From an uncultured virus (IMG/VR IMGVR_UViG_3300020148_000031) (Duplodnaviria; Heunggongvirae; Uroviricota; Caudoviricetes), in the IMG/VR virus record IMGVR_UViG_3300020148_000031: a stretch of DNA of 20,000 nt; one strand, given 5' to 3'. Of the stretch, positions 1 to 8,271 are shown piece by piece. The notes beneath the pieces are model-generated. The model was not told where the DNA came from, did not search any database, and saw nothing but the letters and a program-made list of their open reading frames with translations. The number at the start of each line of letters is the position of its first letter. Positions within the stretch are counted from its first letter, which is position 1. Position numbers and translations under genes: made by a program.

Positions 1-1743
1 GAGGGTTTCTGATGAAAGTAAAGAATCCTTAAGAAGTTCTAAAACCTTATTATTTTCTCGAAGAATAGTGATCGCTTTTTGAAGAGCATCGCTTATAAGG
101 GTCTCGACTTCAGAATATACTTTTTCTGAAACGTTCGTTCCAAGCTCGAGAGCTTTCTTGTCGAGATAGTATAATTGAGATCCCATTCCGTAATATGTAA
201 TAGCTTCTATTGCAAGAGACGTTGCAGCCTTTATATCTCCACCCGCTCCTTGAGTGAACCCATCTTTACCGTATTTAATAATTTCTGCGGCACGACCACC
301 CATACTCGCAGCTAATTGCGCTTGGAATTCATTTTTAGTAAAGTAATTATTTTCGCTATTATCAAAACGTGTGTGACCTCCAGATTGACCACGTGGAATG
401 ATAGTGACGTATGATGGTTTCATGGCAGACTCAATCGCTTGAGCAACGATAGCGTGGCCTGCTTCATGATAAGCGGTAACTGATTTATCATAATCAGTCA
501 TGACGGCTGACTTCCGCTCTTTACCAACATGAAGAGTCACTGCAGATTCAATAAGATCTCTTTCTTCAACAATTTCAGCATTTCTTTTTGTTGCAATAAG
601 ACAGGCCTCATCGACTATGAGAGATAATTGAGCTCCACTGAATCCAATAGTTTGCTTTGATACTCTATCCCAGTTAATATCTTGGCTGAAGGGACGGTTT
701 TTAGAGTGAATTTTTAGAATTTCAGCGCGCCCTTTACTATCAGGAAGAGGGACATTGACTACTTTGTGAAGCCTTCTTGATAGAGCTGGGTCGAGTGATT
801 CTGGAAGGTTAGTGGCACCAATAACAATAATGTCATTCTTTTCAAATCCATCAATTTCTGTAAGAAGAGTAGTAAGAGTAGAGTCCATTTCTCTAGTTAC
901 AGCGTCAGCGCGCCCTTGATTTCTTTGTCTACCGATAGCGTCAATTTCATCAATAAAAATAACGGCTTTCCCTGATTTCTTTGCTTTTTTAAAGAGCTCT
1001 CGAACTCTCTTTGGTCCGACTCCAGCAAACATCTCAACGAAGTCAGCTCCAGTTGTTTGGAAGAATGGAACATTAGCTTCTCCCGCAATAGCTCTAGCAA
1101 GAAGTGTTTTACCTGTTCCTGGAGGTCCAACTAAAAGAACCCCACTCGGCGGTTTAGCTGTTAAACGCTTGTAAGGTTCTGGGTTCTGAAGGTAATCAAC
1201 AATTTCTTTCATATCTTCAACAGCTTCATCAACACCAGCAACATCTTTAAGTCTTGTTTTTGGGCGTTCAAGAACAGTTTGTTCTTTCTTAAGGTTACCG
1301 AGCCCGCCCATGATGAATAGAAGGAAAACAACAATAATGATTACTGGAGCAATTGCTAGTATAAGATTGGAAATGAAACTAGGAGTCTCTATTGGGTTAA
1401 TTTTTGTTTTAACATCAGAATTCTCAAGAGTATCAATAAGTTTTTCTTCATAACCTTTAATGTAAACACTCGAGTATTCTTTACCGTCAACATCCTTAAA
1501 AGAGAGTGTGTACGAACTTTGATCAATAGTTACTTCTTCTACTTTATCAGAAGTGATGATTTCTATTGCTTCAGTATAATCGACTTTTTCTATTTCTGGA
1601 GCGGTAAACCTCATCACAAGGAGAGTAGAAATAGCGATTAAACCTACTATTAATATGAGAGAAAGTCTTTTATTTCTGTTTGTTTTTAAATCTTTAAAGA
1701 ATTTGCCGAAGGCTTTTTTGAAAGAATTCAATGGAATAACCAT
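1..1743 (-). CDS. ftsH: ATP-dependent zinc metalloprotease FtsH (3' end runs off the window; absent from the ORF track)
   Basis: Manual translation from ATG at 1743 is open to base 1. It shows two hydrophobic segments, [12 protein letters not shown], Walker A GPPGTGKT (1128-1105), pore loop FVEMFAGVG, Walker [25 protein letters not shown], zinc motif HEAGH (468-454), MGGRAAE, GAGGD and a final ETL. TTG at 1731 is an alternative start. Confidence 0.95.
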   Translation of the reverse strand, partial: MVIPLNSFKKAFGKFFKDLKTNRNKRLSLILIVGLIAISTLLVMRFTAPEIEKVDYTEAIEIITSDKVEEVTIDQSSYTLSFKDVDGKEYSSVYIKGYEEKLIDTLENSDVKTKINPIETPSFISNLILAIAPVIIIVVFLLFIMGGLGNLKKEQTVLERPKTRLKDVAGVDEAVEDMKEIVDYLQNPEPYKRLTAKPPSGVLLVGPPGTGKTLLARAIAGEANVPFFQTTGADFVEMFAGVGPKRVRELFKKAKKSGKAVIFIDEIDAIGRQRNQGRADAVTREMDSTLTTLLTEIDGFEKNDIIVIGATNLPESLDPALSRRLHKVVNVPLPDSKGRAEILKIHSKNRPFSQDINWDRVSKQTIGFSGAQLSLIVDEACLIATKRNAEIVEERDLIESAVTLHVGKERKSAVMTDYDKSVTAYHEAGHAIVAQAIESAMKPSYVTIIPRGQSGGHTRFDNSENNYFTKNEFQAQLAASMGGRAAEIIKYGKDGFTQGAGGDIKAATSLAIEAITYYGMGSQLYYLDKKALELGTNVSEKVYSEVETLISDALQKAITILRENNKVLELLKDSLLSSETL

Positions 1744-1753
1744 CCTTTAGTAT

Positions 1754-1778
1754 TTTGATACACATGAATTTTATCAAA
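1754..1778 (-). promoter_or_regulatory. Putative extended -10 promoter (TGATAAAAT) within a TTTGATA/TATCAAA inverted repeat upstream of ftsH
   Basis: Minus strand reads GTTTGATAAAAT about 25 nt before the ATG. 7-bp inverted repeat at 1754-1760 / 1772-1778. Confidence 0.4.
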
Positions 1779-1789
1779 CTTTCGACTTT

Positions 1790-2761
1790 TTATTTACCTT
1801 CTTTTATCCTTCTTCTCATCGCATAGTGTACGTCTCGATCAACCTCCACTTTAAGAGCATTCTTAACATCAATTAGAGGTGTATTGGGATTTCCTGCCGC
1901 TCTGAAACGAATTCTTGCATCGTTAGACTTTAATAATATTTTTAAATCTTCAGGTTTAGCATTCTCATTATAAGCATAGCCCATTTTGTTTTCGCTTGAG
2001 CCGCTAGTCATAATCCACTTTTTATTTTTATCAGTGAGATTAGGGTTTTCACCAGCGGCAAGAGGTATAGGAGAGGAACTATGATTAAGTAAAGAAAATT
2101 GTTGTGAATCATTTGTCACTACTTTAGCTAGTTCGTAATGGGCACTGTGTGATTTTTCAGACTTTAAAATATCATCAATCTGATTTTTTAAAAGATTGTT
2201 CCCAATATGAAGAACAATGAGATGGTTCATTTTTGGATCTTGAGAATCTATAATAGAATCTAACACTCGATTTCCCTCTAAAGCTTTAATTAGAATAGCT
2301 TTTTCTTTAAGGTCAGAATGAAGCACGGAAGCGATTTGCCCAATTGACATTCCATCTGGATTCTTTAATTGTTTTTCAAAATTCTCTTGATTAATAAGTT
2401 GAGGGAGAGTTTCGCTCATGTATTCTTTGAATTCTTTATGTTTTATCAAAGCAGAATAATATTCACTAGAACGAGAGACAGTATCTGTTCTGTTAGCTAA
2501 ACTAGCAAACTGTTTCGAAGTAAGTGATCCATTTCTAAGGGGGAACAAAGGGTCTCCTCCAAAGCGATCTAGATCAAGATTGTTGTCAACAATTGATTTG
2601 AACGTATCAGAGTAATCATTTTCTAGTTTTTTAGAGTTTTTAAAATTAGCTTCTTCTAAAGAAACAGCGTCGATGTGTTGTTCTTCAGAAGCAAAAGGAC
2701 ATTTTCCTTTAACTGCTTTACATTTACTTACGACCCCGTTATTGTCAACATGAAATTTCAT
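1790..2761 (-). CDS. HCCH N-terminal module protein 1, with C-terminal LRV/HEAT-like helical repeats
   Basis: GGAGG at 2771-2767 favours ATG 2761 over TTG 2773. N-terminus is MKFHVDNNGVVSKCKAVKGKCPFASEEQH. C-terminus has A-x-N-P-N-type repeats (AAGENPNLT, AYNENAKPEDLKILL, RFRAAGNPNTP). Confidence 0.85.
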   Translation of the reverse strand: MKFHVDNNGVVSKCKAVKGKCPFASEEQHIDAVSLEEANFKNSKKLENDYSDTFKSIVDNNLDLDRFGGDPLFPLRNGSLTSKQFASLANRTDTVSRSSEYYSALIKHKEFKEYMSETLPQLINQENFEKQLKNPDGMSIGQIASVLHSDLKEKAILIKALEGNRVLDSIIDSQDPKMNHLIVLHIGNNLLKNQIDDILKSEKSHSAHYELAKVVTNDSQQFSLLNHSSSPIPLAAGENPNLTDKNKKWIMTSGSSENKMGYAYNENAKPEDLKILLKSNDARIRFRAAGNPNTPLIDVKNALKVEVDRDVHYAMRRRIKEGK

Positions 2762-2874
2762 AAAATCCTCCAAAGTTAATACATTATTATCTATATAATA
2801 CTAAACGCTTCTTCTATTTTTAACTTTTCTCGATACAAGTCAGCACATCGCAATTTATTTTCTCTTTTTTCAAT

Positions 2875-3624
2875 CTAAGAATATGGAGCATTATTAAGTT
2901 TTAGTTGATCTATTTCATAATAGAGCTCTAAATAATTTTTCTTTATGGAGAAATATTTTCCCATTGATTGATTCCAAGGGTTTCTCATGGAAGACATAAT
3001 CGGAGCTGGTAAATCTTTCATTTTTTCAAATTCTATTTTGTCTTTAGAGCTCATTTTATAATTAAAAGGTTTTTGTACTGTTATTGAAAGTTTAGACTCA
3101 AGTTCAGAATTTCTTTCTTCTTTCTCGCGAAGACTGTTTAATATATCTTGAGAATTAAGATTGTTTAAATATGGATAATACTCTTTTATATCTTTAATTG
3201 TTATATTTTTATTCTCTAAAAAATGATGTGTTGCTAGAGGTGAGAGTGTTCCAGATTTTAAATTTTCTATCTCTGTATTAATAAGACTTAAGGCTGTCAA
3301 TCTGTCAGAATAGCTCACTAATTGCCCTTTAGAAAAAATACTTTTCTTTATGTAGTTGCTAGTGTTTCTCTCGTTACATTTTGTTAAGAATACTTTATGA
3401 AATTCATTAGTGACTGAGTTGAAATCTCTATTAAGAGAGTAATCATAAATAAGCGCAGGAGCTTTATTTAACACTTCCCTTGCTATCTCTTCAGTTGTAA
3501 GAGGATGCAGGGCTAGAGAGTGAAGAGAATAATGTGAGTCCGAATCCTTTTCCATATGATAGAAATGATTAAAGAATTCTTGGTCATTAATTTTTGCAAA
3601 TAATTCTGGTATATCTTGTTTTTT
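2875..3624 (-). CDS. Probable C-terminal portion (helical, LRV-like) of HCCH module protein 2, in the -1 frame
   Basis: The ORF-track frame 2875..3555 stays open upstream (KKQDIPELFAKINDQEFFNHFYHMEKDS) past an A6C run at 3624-3618. It contains ALHPLTTEEIAREVL and LENKNITIKDI repeat-like motifs. Confidence 0.65.
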   Translation of the reverse strand, partial: KKQDIPELFAKINDQEFFNHFYHMEKDSDSHYSLHSLALHPLTTEEIAREVLNKAPALIYDYSLNRDFNSVTNEFHKVFLTKCNERNTSNYIKKSIFSKGQLVSYSDRLTALSLINTEIENLKSGTLSPLATHHFLENKNITIKDIKEYYPYLNNLNSQDILNSLREKEERNSELESKLSITVQKPFNYKMSSKDKIEFEKMKDLPAPIMSSMRNPWNQSMGKYFSIKKNYLELYYEIDQLKLNNAPYS

Positions 3625-4019
3625 AATCTTAGTAAAGATTGGTATCGCATTTCTAAAGGAAGTTCTATATCTTTAGAAAATTCGAAGAATAGTTTCCCTT
3701 CTATTGTATAAGGAGTTTCGGGGAAAGAGCTTTGAGTAATCTTCAAAAACTCCTGAACATAAAGTTCTTTCGGATTGAGATTATTATAAATGTATTCAAT
3801 ATACAATTCAGAGTATTTTCCCTCTTCAATAAGGGATCTATGAAACGAATCCTTGCTAAAGCTAGATATCTCTGAATGAAAATCTTTCATTATTTTCTCA
3901 TAAGCAGTTTGTGCTTCTTCTTTCGAATGATAGTGATTTTCAATCCCTCCGAAGGGACATGGTCCTTTGCTTGCTTTGCAGGGTGCTATAACACCCGAGC
4001 TATTGACATGATATGGCAC
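3513..4019 (-). CDS. HCCH N-terminal module protein 2 (N-terminal part; frameshifted relative to 2875..3624)
   Basis: GTG start; MPYHVNSSGVIAPCKASKGPCPFGGIENHYHSKEEAQTAYE matches the family motif. Its last ~35 codons overlap the downstream open frame. Confidence 0.8.
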   Translation of the reverse strand: MPYHVNSSGVIAPCKASKGPCPFGGIENHYHSKEEAQTAYEKIMKDFHSEISSFSKDSFHRSLIEEGKYSELYIEYIYNNLNPKELYVQEFLKITQSSFPETPYTIEGKLFFEFSKDIELPLEMRYQSLLRLKNKIYQNYLQKLMTKNSLIISIIWKRIRTHIILFTL

Positions 4020-4136
4020 CCGAACTACATTAATGTAATAAGTTTATTATCTAAACAATTTCTTTATCAAGAAATAATAACGAGGTGAGAAATAAAACTT
4101 TTTAGATAAGAAACAAAGTTTTGATAAGGAGAGAAA

Positions 4137-4745
4137 ATGCCTAAGTATCATTTAAATAAATATGGAGAACCAGCCCGTTGTGAAGCTGTAAAAATAGCGT
4201 GTCCATTAGGTGGAGCAGATGCCCATTTTGATGGAGATTTTAAAGACTCTATTGTTTGGGCCGAAAAAAAGAATGCGGAAAATCTAGCATTAAAAACTGT
4301 TCCGCAAGCAATAACTAATGACTCTATACAACATTCTGACTCTTGGTATGAGGATAAAGAAAGGATACAAGACGCATTGAAGATATTTCAACACAATATG
4401 AAAACATCTAAAATTAAAAAGCCAGAAAAACATTATTCAACTAATGCTGGTAAACTTAATATTACTAATTATGATGGTTCTGGTGCAAACTATATCACTC
4501 CAGGTGAGGATAGTTTTGTTGTTCTTACTTACCCTGACGGAAAAGGAGCCCGCGTAATTTCAAGCTATGGAGAGTTTTATCAAGACCCACAGTCCGCTAT
4601 AGGAAAATACGTTGTCCAATACAAACAATATTCTGGAAACAATGACGTGCAAAAAGATTTAGTGGTTGTTGGGTACATGTCGCGGGACGGGAAAAGATAT
4701 GGATATATTCCTAATCGTCAAGTTGCTTTCTTTGTTTATAAGTAA
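4137..4745 (+). CDS. HCCH N-terminal module protein 3, with an unrelated beta-rich C-terminal domain
   Basis: RBS AAGGAG before the ATG; MPKYHLNKYGEPARCEAVKIACPLGGADAHF. It is the only family member on the + strand. Confidence 0.85.
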   Translation: MPKYHLNKYGEPARCEAVKIACPLGGADAHFDGDFKDSIVWAEKKNAENLALKTVPQAITNDSIQHSDSWYEDKERIQDALKIFQHNMKTSKIKKPEKHYSTNAGKLNITNYDGSGANYITPGEDSFVVLTYPDGKGARVISSYGEFYQDPQSAIGKYVVQYKQYSGNNDVQKDLVVVGYMSRDGKRYGYIPNRQVAFFVYK

Positions 4746-4755
4746 TGTAAAATGA

Positions 4756-4802
4756 TACTATTAAGCCTCCATGACATATACAATCATGGAGGCTTAATAG
4801 TA
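4756..4802. terminator. Perfect 19-bp inverted repeat between convergent genes; probable bidirectional terminator
   Basis: tactattaagcctccatga (4756-4774), 9-nt loop, tcatggaggcttaatagta (4784-4802), lying between stops at 4745 and 4807. Confidence 0.75.
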
Positions 4803-4806
4803 AGAG

Positions 4807-6078
4807 TTATATACTCAAGGCCTTTTGAATCAAAAGACTATCTCTATATTTCCTGCTTAGATCTAAAACAAGACTTATTTGATTTCTTCCAATATCTCCA
4901 TTATAGTTCTCTAAAGATTCAGTCATTTCTTTAGTAGAATATTTCTTACCTGTAAGATATGACCATCTATTATTAAAATCATAAGGGTTTTCAGGGGTTC
5001 TTTGTTTCATCAACCTGTTATATTCTTGTTCTTCTTTTTCAGTGAGACCTTCAGTTTCATAAGGTGTAGGAATTCTTGGATTCAAAATAGTCTTTACTTT
5101 TTGAGGGACTGCTTTATCATTTTTTAATTTGTTGTATAAAACACCTTTAGAGTGCACTTGGATTCTTTCTTTGTTCTCTTTTAAATCAGAATATGTCATG
5201 TTTTCGTTAACGACTAAATTAGTTGAATCTTCATATTCCCATAATCTATCATCTCTCGTATTCTTCTTTACAAGATTTAATGCGAAATCTTTATCTGAGT
5301 AGCGAATAGAAATATGTCTAATTTCTCTAATAGAATTATTACTAACAAGAGGACTTATAGATTGAGGATCTTCCGTGTATCGTTTCATAAATCTAGTGCT
5401 GTATTCCTTTAATAATTCTTTATTTTTACCTGGATTTGCCCATTCATATTCTTCAATTAGAGAAGGGTCATTATCGAGTATTTGTCGAGTGATTTTTTCG
5501 GGAGTAGAGCTATTTTCTAATAAAACTTTTTCTAATGAACGATATTGATGGTATTTATCGTAAATTCTCTCAATAGCATCTTCACTTTTTATATATTGAG
5601 CAACACTCAAAAGATTAGTTAATTCGAGGTTTTTGATAATTTCATCTTTAACTTTCCCAGAAATATCGTCTCTTTCAAGTAAATATTCCTGTGCGTCAAT
5701 TTGTGAATATCTAGCTTCAGAAAAGGAGTCTTTATTTACTGGAGCTGTCACAATTGCAAACATTTCATCTATTTCTTCAGAAGTAAAGTTTCTCAAATAT
5801 ACAGAAAGACCAGAATCACCATTATCTTCTTTTTCCCATTGTGAGGCTAAATTATCTTTTAATGCTTGATGTTCTCTTAACGCTTGATGCTCTCTTTCAG
5901 CATTATCTTTATTGATTTTTTCAAAGATTCTTTTTTCGGGTCGCATTTGGACTTCATATGCTAATCTAGCGTCATGTTCGTCCTCATAATGATCATCGGC
6001 ACCCCCGAAAGGGCAATGGCCTTTAGTGGCTGAACATTTACCTGGTTCGCCTTTAGCATTAATATGATAAATTGCCAT
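4807..6078 (-). CDS. HCCH N-terminal module protein 4, with a helical LRV-like C-terminal region
   Basis: RBS AAGGA; MAIYHINAKGEPGKCSATKGHCPFGGADDHYEDEHDARLAYE; repeat-like motifs LLENSSTPEKITRQIL and VVNENMTYSDL. Confidence 0.85.
   Translation of the reverse strand: MAIYHINAKGEPGKCSATKGHCPFGGADDHYEDEHDARLAYEVQMRPEKRIFEKINKDNAEREHQALREHQALKDNLASQWEKEDNGDSGLSVYLRNFTSEEIDEMFAIVTAPVNKDSFSEARYSQIDAQEYLLERDDISGKVKDEIIKNLELTNLLSVAQYIKSEDAIERIYDKYHQYRSLEKVLLENSSTPEKITRQILDNDPSLIEEYEWANPGKNKELLKEYSTRFMKRYTEDPQSISPLVSNNSIREIRHISIRYSDKDFALNLVKKNTRDDRLWEYEDSTNLVVNENMTYSDLKENKERIQVHSKGVLYNKLKNDKAVPQKVKTILNPRIPTPYETEGLTEKEEQEYNRLMKQRTPENPYDFNNRWSYLTGKKYSTKEMTESLENYNGDIGRNQISLVLDLSRKYRDSLLIQKALSI
6001..6055. 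repeat. 55-bp direct repeat, copy 1 (codes for the core of the HCCH module)
   Basis: 53/55 identical to 6583-6637; mismatches only at 6018-6019. Confidence 0.9.
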
Positions 6079-6108
6079 AATTTTATCCTTTAATTTTTAT
6101 TTTGAAAT

Positions 6109-6663
6109 TTAAAAATCACCTAGAAGCGTCCATTCTGGTTCATCATCTTCTGGTTCATTTCTCACTACTAAACACACGAAAGATTTGTTAACCTCTTCCT
6201 GGTCGATTACTTCTACAAGTTTAGAATCTTTATTTATATCGTATAGAGTCTTAGCTGAGAAAACCTCTCCAGAATATACATCAGAAATTTCTTTTATGTC
6301 AGGATCGAAATCAACACTAGTTGGTATTTTCGAGTCTTCTGAAATTGACCACATTTCCGGATTTTCTTGATCATCTGGGTACGCAACTATAACATTAAAA
6401 GGTGTTTCTCTCTTAGGAAAATATAAAATTGCATATTCATCTGTTTTTATGACTGGTTGATATTTTTTAGAAGATCCAGTCCATTGATCGTAAATTCTTA
6501 TTGAAGTTGGCTTAGGAAAAGTTTCTTGTGAAGATTCAAAGGCAATAGCTGCTTCTTGAAAAGTATTAAAATGTTTCTCTGGACCCCCGAAAGGGCAATT
6601 ACCTTTAGTGGCTGAACATTTACCTGGTTCGCCTTTATCGTTGATATGAAATTTTGTCATCAT
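6109..6663 (-). CDS. HCCH N-terminal module protein 5; C-terminal domain homologous to that of 8264..8758
   Basis: RBS GGAGG (the second ATG at 6660 has better spacing); TKFHINDKGEPGKCSATKGNCPFGGPEKHFNTFQEAAIAFE. Confidence 0.85.
   Translation of the reverse strand: MMTKFHINDKGEPGKCSATKGNCPFGGPEKHFNTFQEAAIAFESSQETFPKPTSIRIYDQWTGSSKKYQPVIKTDEYAILYFPKRETPFNVIVAYPDDQENPEMWSISEDSKIPTSVDFDPDIKEISDVYSGEVFSAKTLYDINKDSKLVEVIDQEEVNKSFVCLVVRNEPEDDEPEWTLLGDF
6583..6637. repeat. 55-bp direct repeat, copy 2
   Basis: 53/55 identical to 6001-6055. Confidence 0.9.
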
Positions 6664-6690
6664 AAACCTCCGATAATTTTTCTAAAAAGA

Positions 6691-7311
6691 TTAGTAAAGA
6701 GCTCTCGTTTTGTTTTCTTTGCCTAATAAATCATCATCTTTAAAAGAGAAATTAGGTATCCAAAGTACAGCCTCACCTTTTTCAAGGGATTCTTTTACAT
6801 TAAGAACGCGCTGGTTAGAGCTGCCCGTAAACGAGCCTTGAAAAGTCTTCAAAGTCTTCATAAAAGGTCCATCAACAAGAACATCAATAAGAGATAATAA
6901 TTCTTTCTTATCATCAGAATCTTTTAATAATTGTTCAAAAGTATATCCAGACCACGACCAAATGTCTTTTTCAGGGAGTTCGTTTCTTATTCTTCTCACA
7001 AGGGGTATGAGAGTGGGTGTATTAAGGAACGGTTCTCCGCCTAATAAAGTAAGACCTTGAACATGAGGAAGAGCTAGATCTGACATGATTTTTTCTTCTA
7101 ATTCTTCAGTATAAGGTATTCCATTTCTGAAAGACCATGTTGCTTTATTAAAGCAGTCTTGACAAGCAAAAAGACAGCCTGACACATAGAGCGAACAGCG
7201 AACTCCTTCACCGTCAACTACAGTAAATGCTTTATAATCGGAAATGTAACCTTTTGAAAGCTTTAAACCATCCCAATTTTTAGGAGTTCTAAATAAAGAG
7301 TCTTCAGACAT
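6691..7311 (-). CDS. nrdG: Anaerobic ribonucleotide reductase activating protein (radical SAM)
   Basis: VVDGEGVRCSLYVSGC, CxxxCxxC (CLFACQDC), GLTLLGGEPFLN, DVLVDGPF and GSSNQRV motifs; nrdD is in the same window. Confidence 0.96.
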   Translation of the reverse strand: MSEDSLFRTPKNWDGLKLSKGYISDYKAFTVVDGEGVRCSLYVSGCLFACQDCFNKATWSFRNGIPYTEELEEKIMSDLALPHVQGLTLLGGEPFLNTPTLIPLVRRIRNELPEKDIWSWSGYTFEQLLKDSDDKKELLSLIDVLVDGPFMKTLKTFQGSFTGSSNQRVLNVKESLEKGEAVLWIPNFSFKDDDLLGKENKTRALY

Positions 7312-7333
7312 TTTTTCCCTTCAATACAGTACT

Positions 7334-7345
7334 ATTGTATCAAAA
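7334..7345 (-). promoter_or_regulatory. Putative extended -10 promoter of nrdG (TGATACAAT)
   Basis: Minus strand reads TTTTGATACAAT about 23 nt before the nrdG ATG. Confidence 0.45.
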
Positions 7346-7573
7346 TTTAATTTGATAAAGAATTAAATAGTTTTTCGTCAAGTTCCCTATCCTCTTTTTT
7401 CTTGTAGGGGAACTTTTTAATCTTTTCTTTAAGAACCACAAATAAGATTTCTTTATCATTTCTGCTGAAAGATAATATGGAATCTATCTGTTTTTACTAA
7501 CATGTGAATATGCTTGTTGCGCGCGCCAAATTCCCTCATTTCCAGTTTTAGTGTTAACGTGATAAGAGTTCAT
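7340..7573 (-). pseudogene. Decayed HCCH module gene
   Basis: ATG 7573 gives MNSYHVNTKTGNEGIWRAQQAYSHVSKNR* (TAG 7486-7484), then in frame IPYYLSAEMIKKSY. The two Cys positions read TGG and TAT, each one base from a Cys codon. The 3' boundary is uncertain. Confidence 0.6.
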
Positions 7574-7621
7574 AATTGCCCATCTTATAAAATAAATATA
7601 TATTTTTTCTAATGAAAAATA

Positions 7622-7843
7622 TTATTTTAAAAGAACAATAGTAGCTTCTGTAGCCTCAATAGCCTTCCATTGTTTTCCGAAAAGATAAACAGTATCACCT
7701 AAAGAAAAATTTGACTGCATATCAAGTTTATCTTGTCTTTCTAAAAGTAAAAACTTGTTTTCCGGTCTTTTAAAGACTGTTGCTCTTTTCTCGTTTTCTG
7801 TCACTGTTTCGTTGAAATTTAATACTAAAGTATTCACAATCAT
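7622..7843 (-). CDS. Small hypothetical protein (73 aa)
   Basis: Fills the gap between genes on the majority strand, has plausible composition and AAGAAGG upstream. No recognisable motif. Confidence 0.65.
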   Translation of the reverse strand: MIVNTLVLNFNETVTENEKRATVFKRPENKFLLLERQDKLDMQSNFSLGDTVYLFGKQWKAIEATEATIVLLK

Positions 7844-7904
7844 CCTTCTTTTATTTTTTGCATGTACTTATCTAAATAGGCTTTTATGTAATGCTATTAC
7901 ATTT

Positions 7905-8271
7905 CTATTTATTCTTTAAAAGTAAATCTTCTAATTTTTCTTTTGCTACTCTTGAAGAAAACGGAGCTTCAGAAAAAGATAAATATTCTAAGTCTTCTTT
8001 AGAGCAAAGAGGATTATTTACAAAACCGTCAGAATAATCACGATTGTAAGGGTTTTTAATAGAGCGTCTGATAATTGATGATGATTCCTCATCTAAAATC
8101 TCATTGCTGGCAATACAACTTTTTACTACTAAAGATTTATGATAAAGTAAAGAAGACATTATTTCCGTTTCTTTAGTAAATTCATCAATTTTAGAAAGAT
8201 AAGATTCTTCTCCCGAAAGGGCGCGCTTTATATTTTGCTGAACATTTAGAGATATTACCCTCTTTATTCAT
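7905..8271 (-). pseudogene. Frameshifted, decayed HCCH module gene with an LRV-like C-terminus (includes ORF 7905..8159)
   Basis: ATG 8271 (preceded in frame by TTG TTT CAA) gives MNKEGNISKCSAKYKARPFG, with the second Cys as CGC. A frame change near 8211 leads into EESYLSKIDEFTKETEI-MSSLLYH and VNNPLCSKEDLEYLS. It shares cccgaaagggc and gctgaacattta with the 55-bp repeat. Confidence 0.7.

Noticed and set aside
897..1130. 77-aa minus-strand ORF
   Set aside because: Alternative frame inside the ftsH AAA domain.
5862..5895. 18-bp tandem duplication (EHQALR EHQALK) in protein 4
   Set aside because: Single in-frame slippage event in a linker; no sign of function.
3876..6370. Short + strand ORFs 3876..4088, 4752..4934, 5633..5869 and 6185..6370
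   Set aside because: Antisense to well-supported genes or spanning the terminator hairpin; no motifs.
7380..7418. Imperfect hairpin aagttcccta/taggggaactt followed by a T-run
   Set aside because: Bulged stem with a long loop, oriented for + strand transcription where no + gene ends.
2875..7907. TAG stop-codon reassignment (TAG at 2877, 3515, 7486 and 7907)
   Set aside because: The long conserved genes contain no internal TAG, and the split in protein 2 needs a frameshift rather than readthrough.
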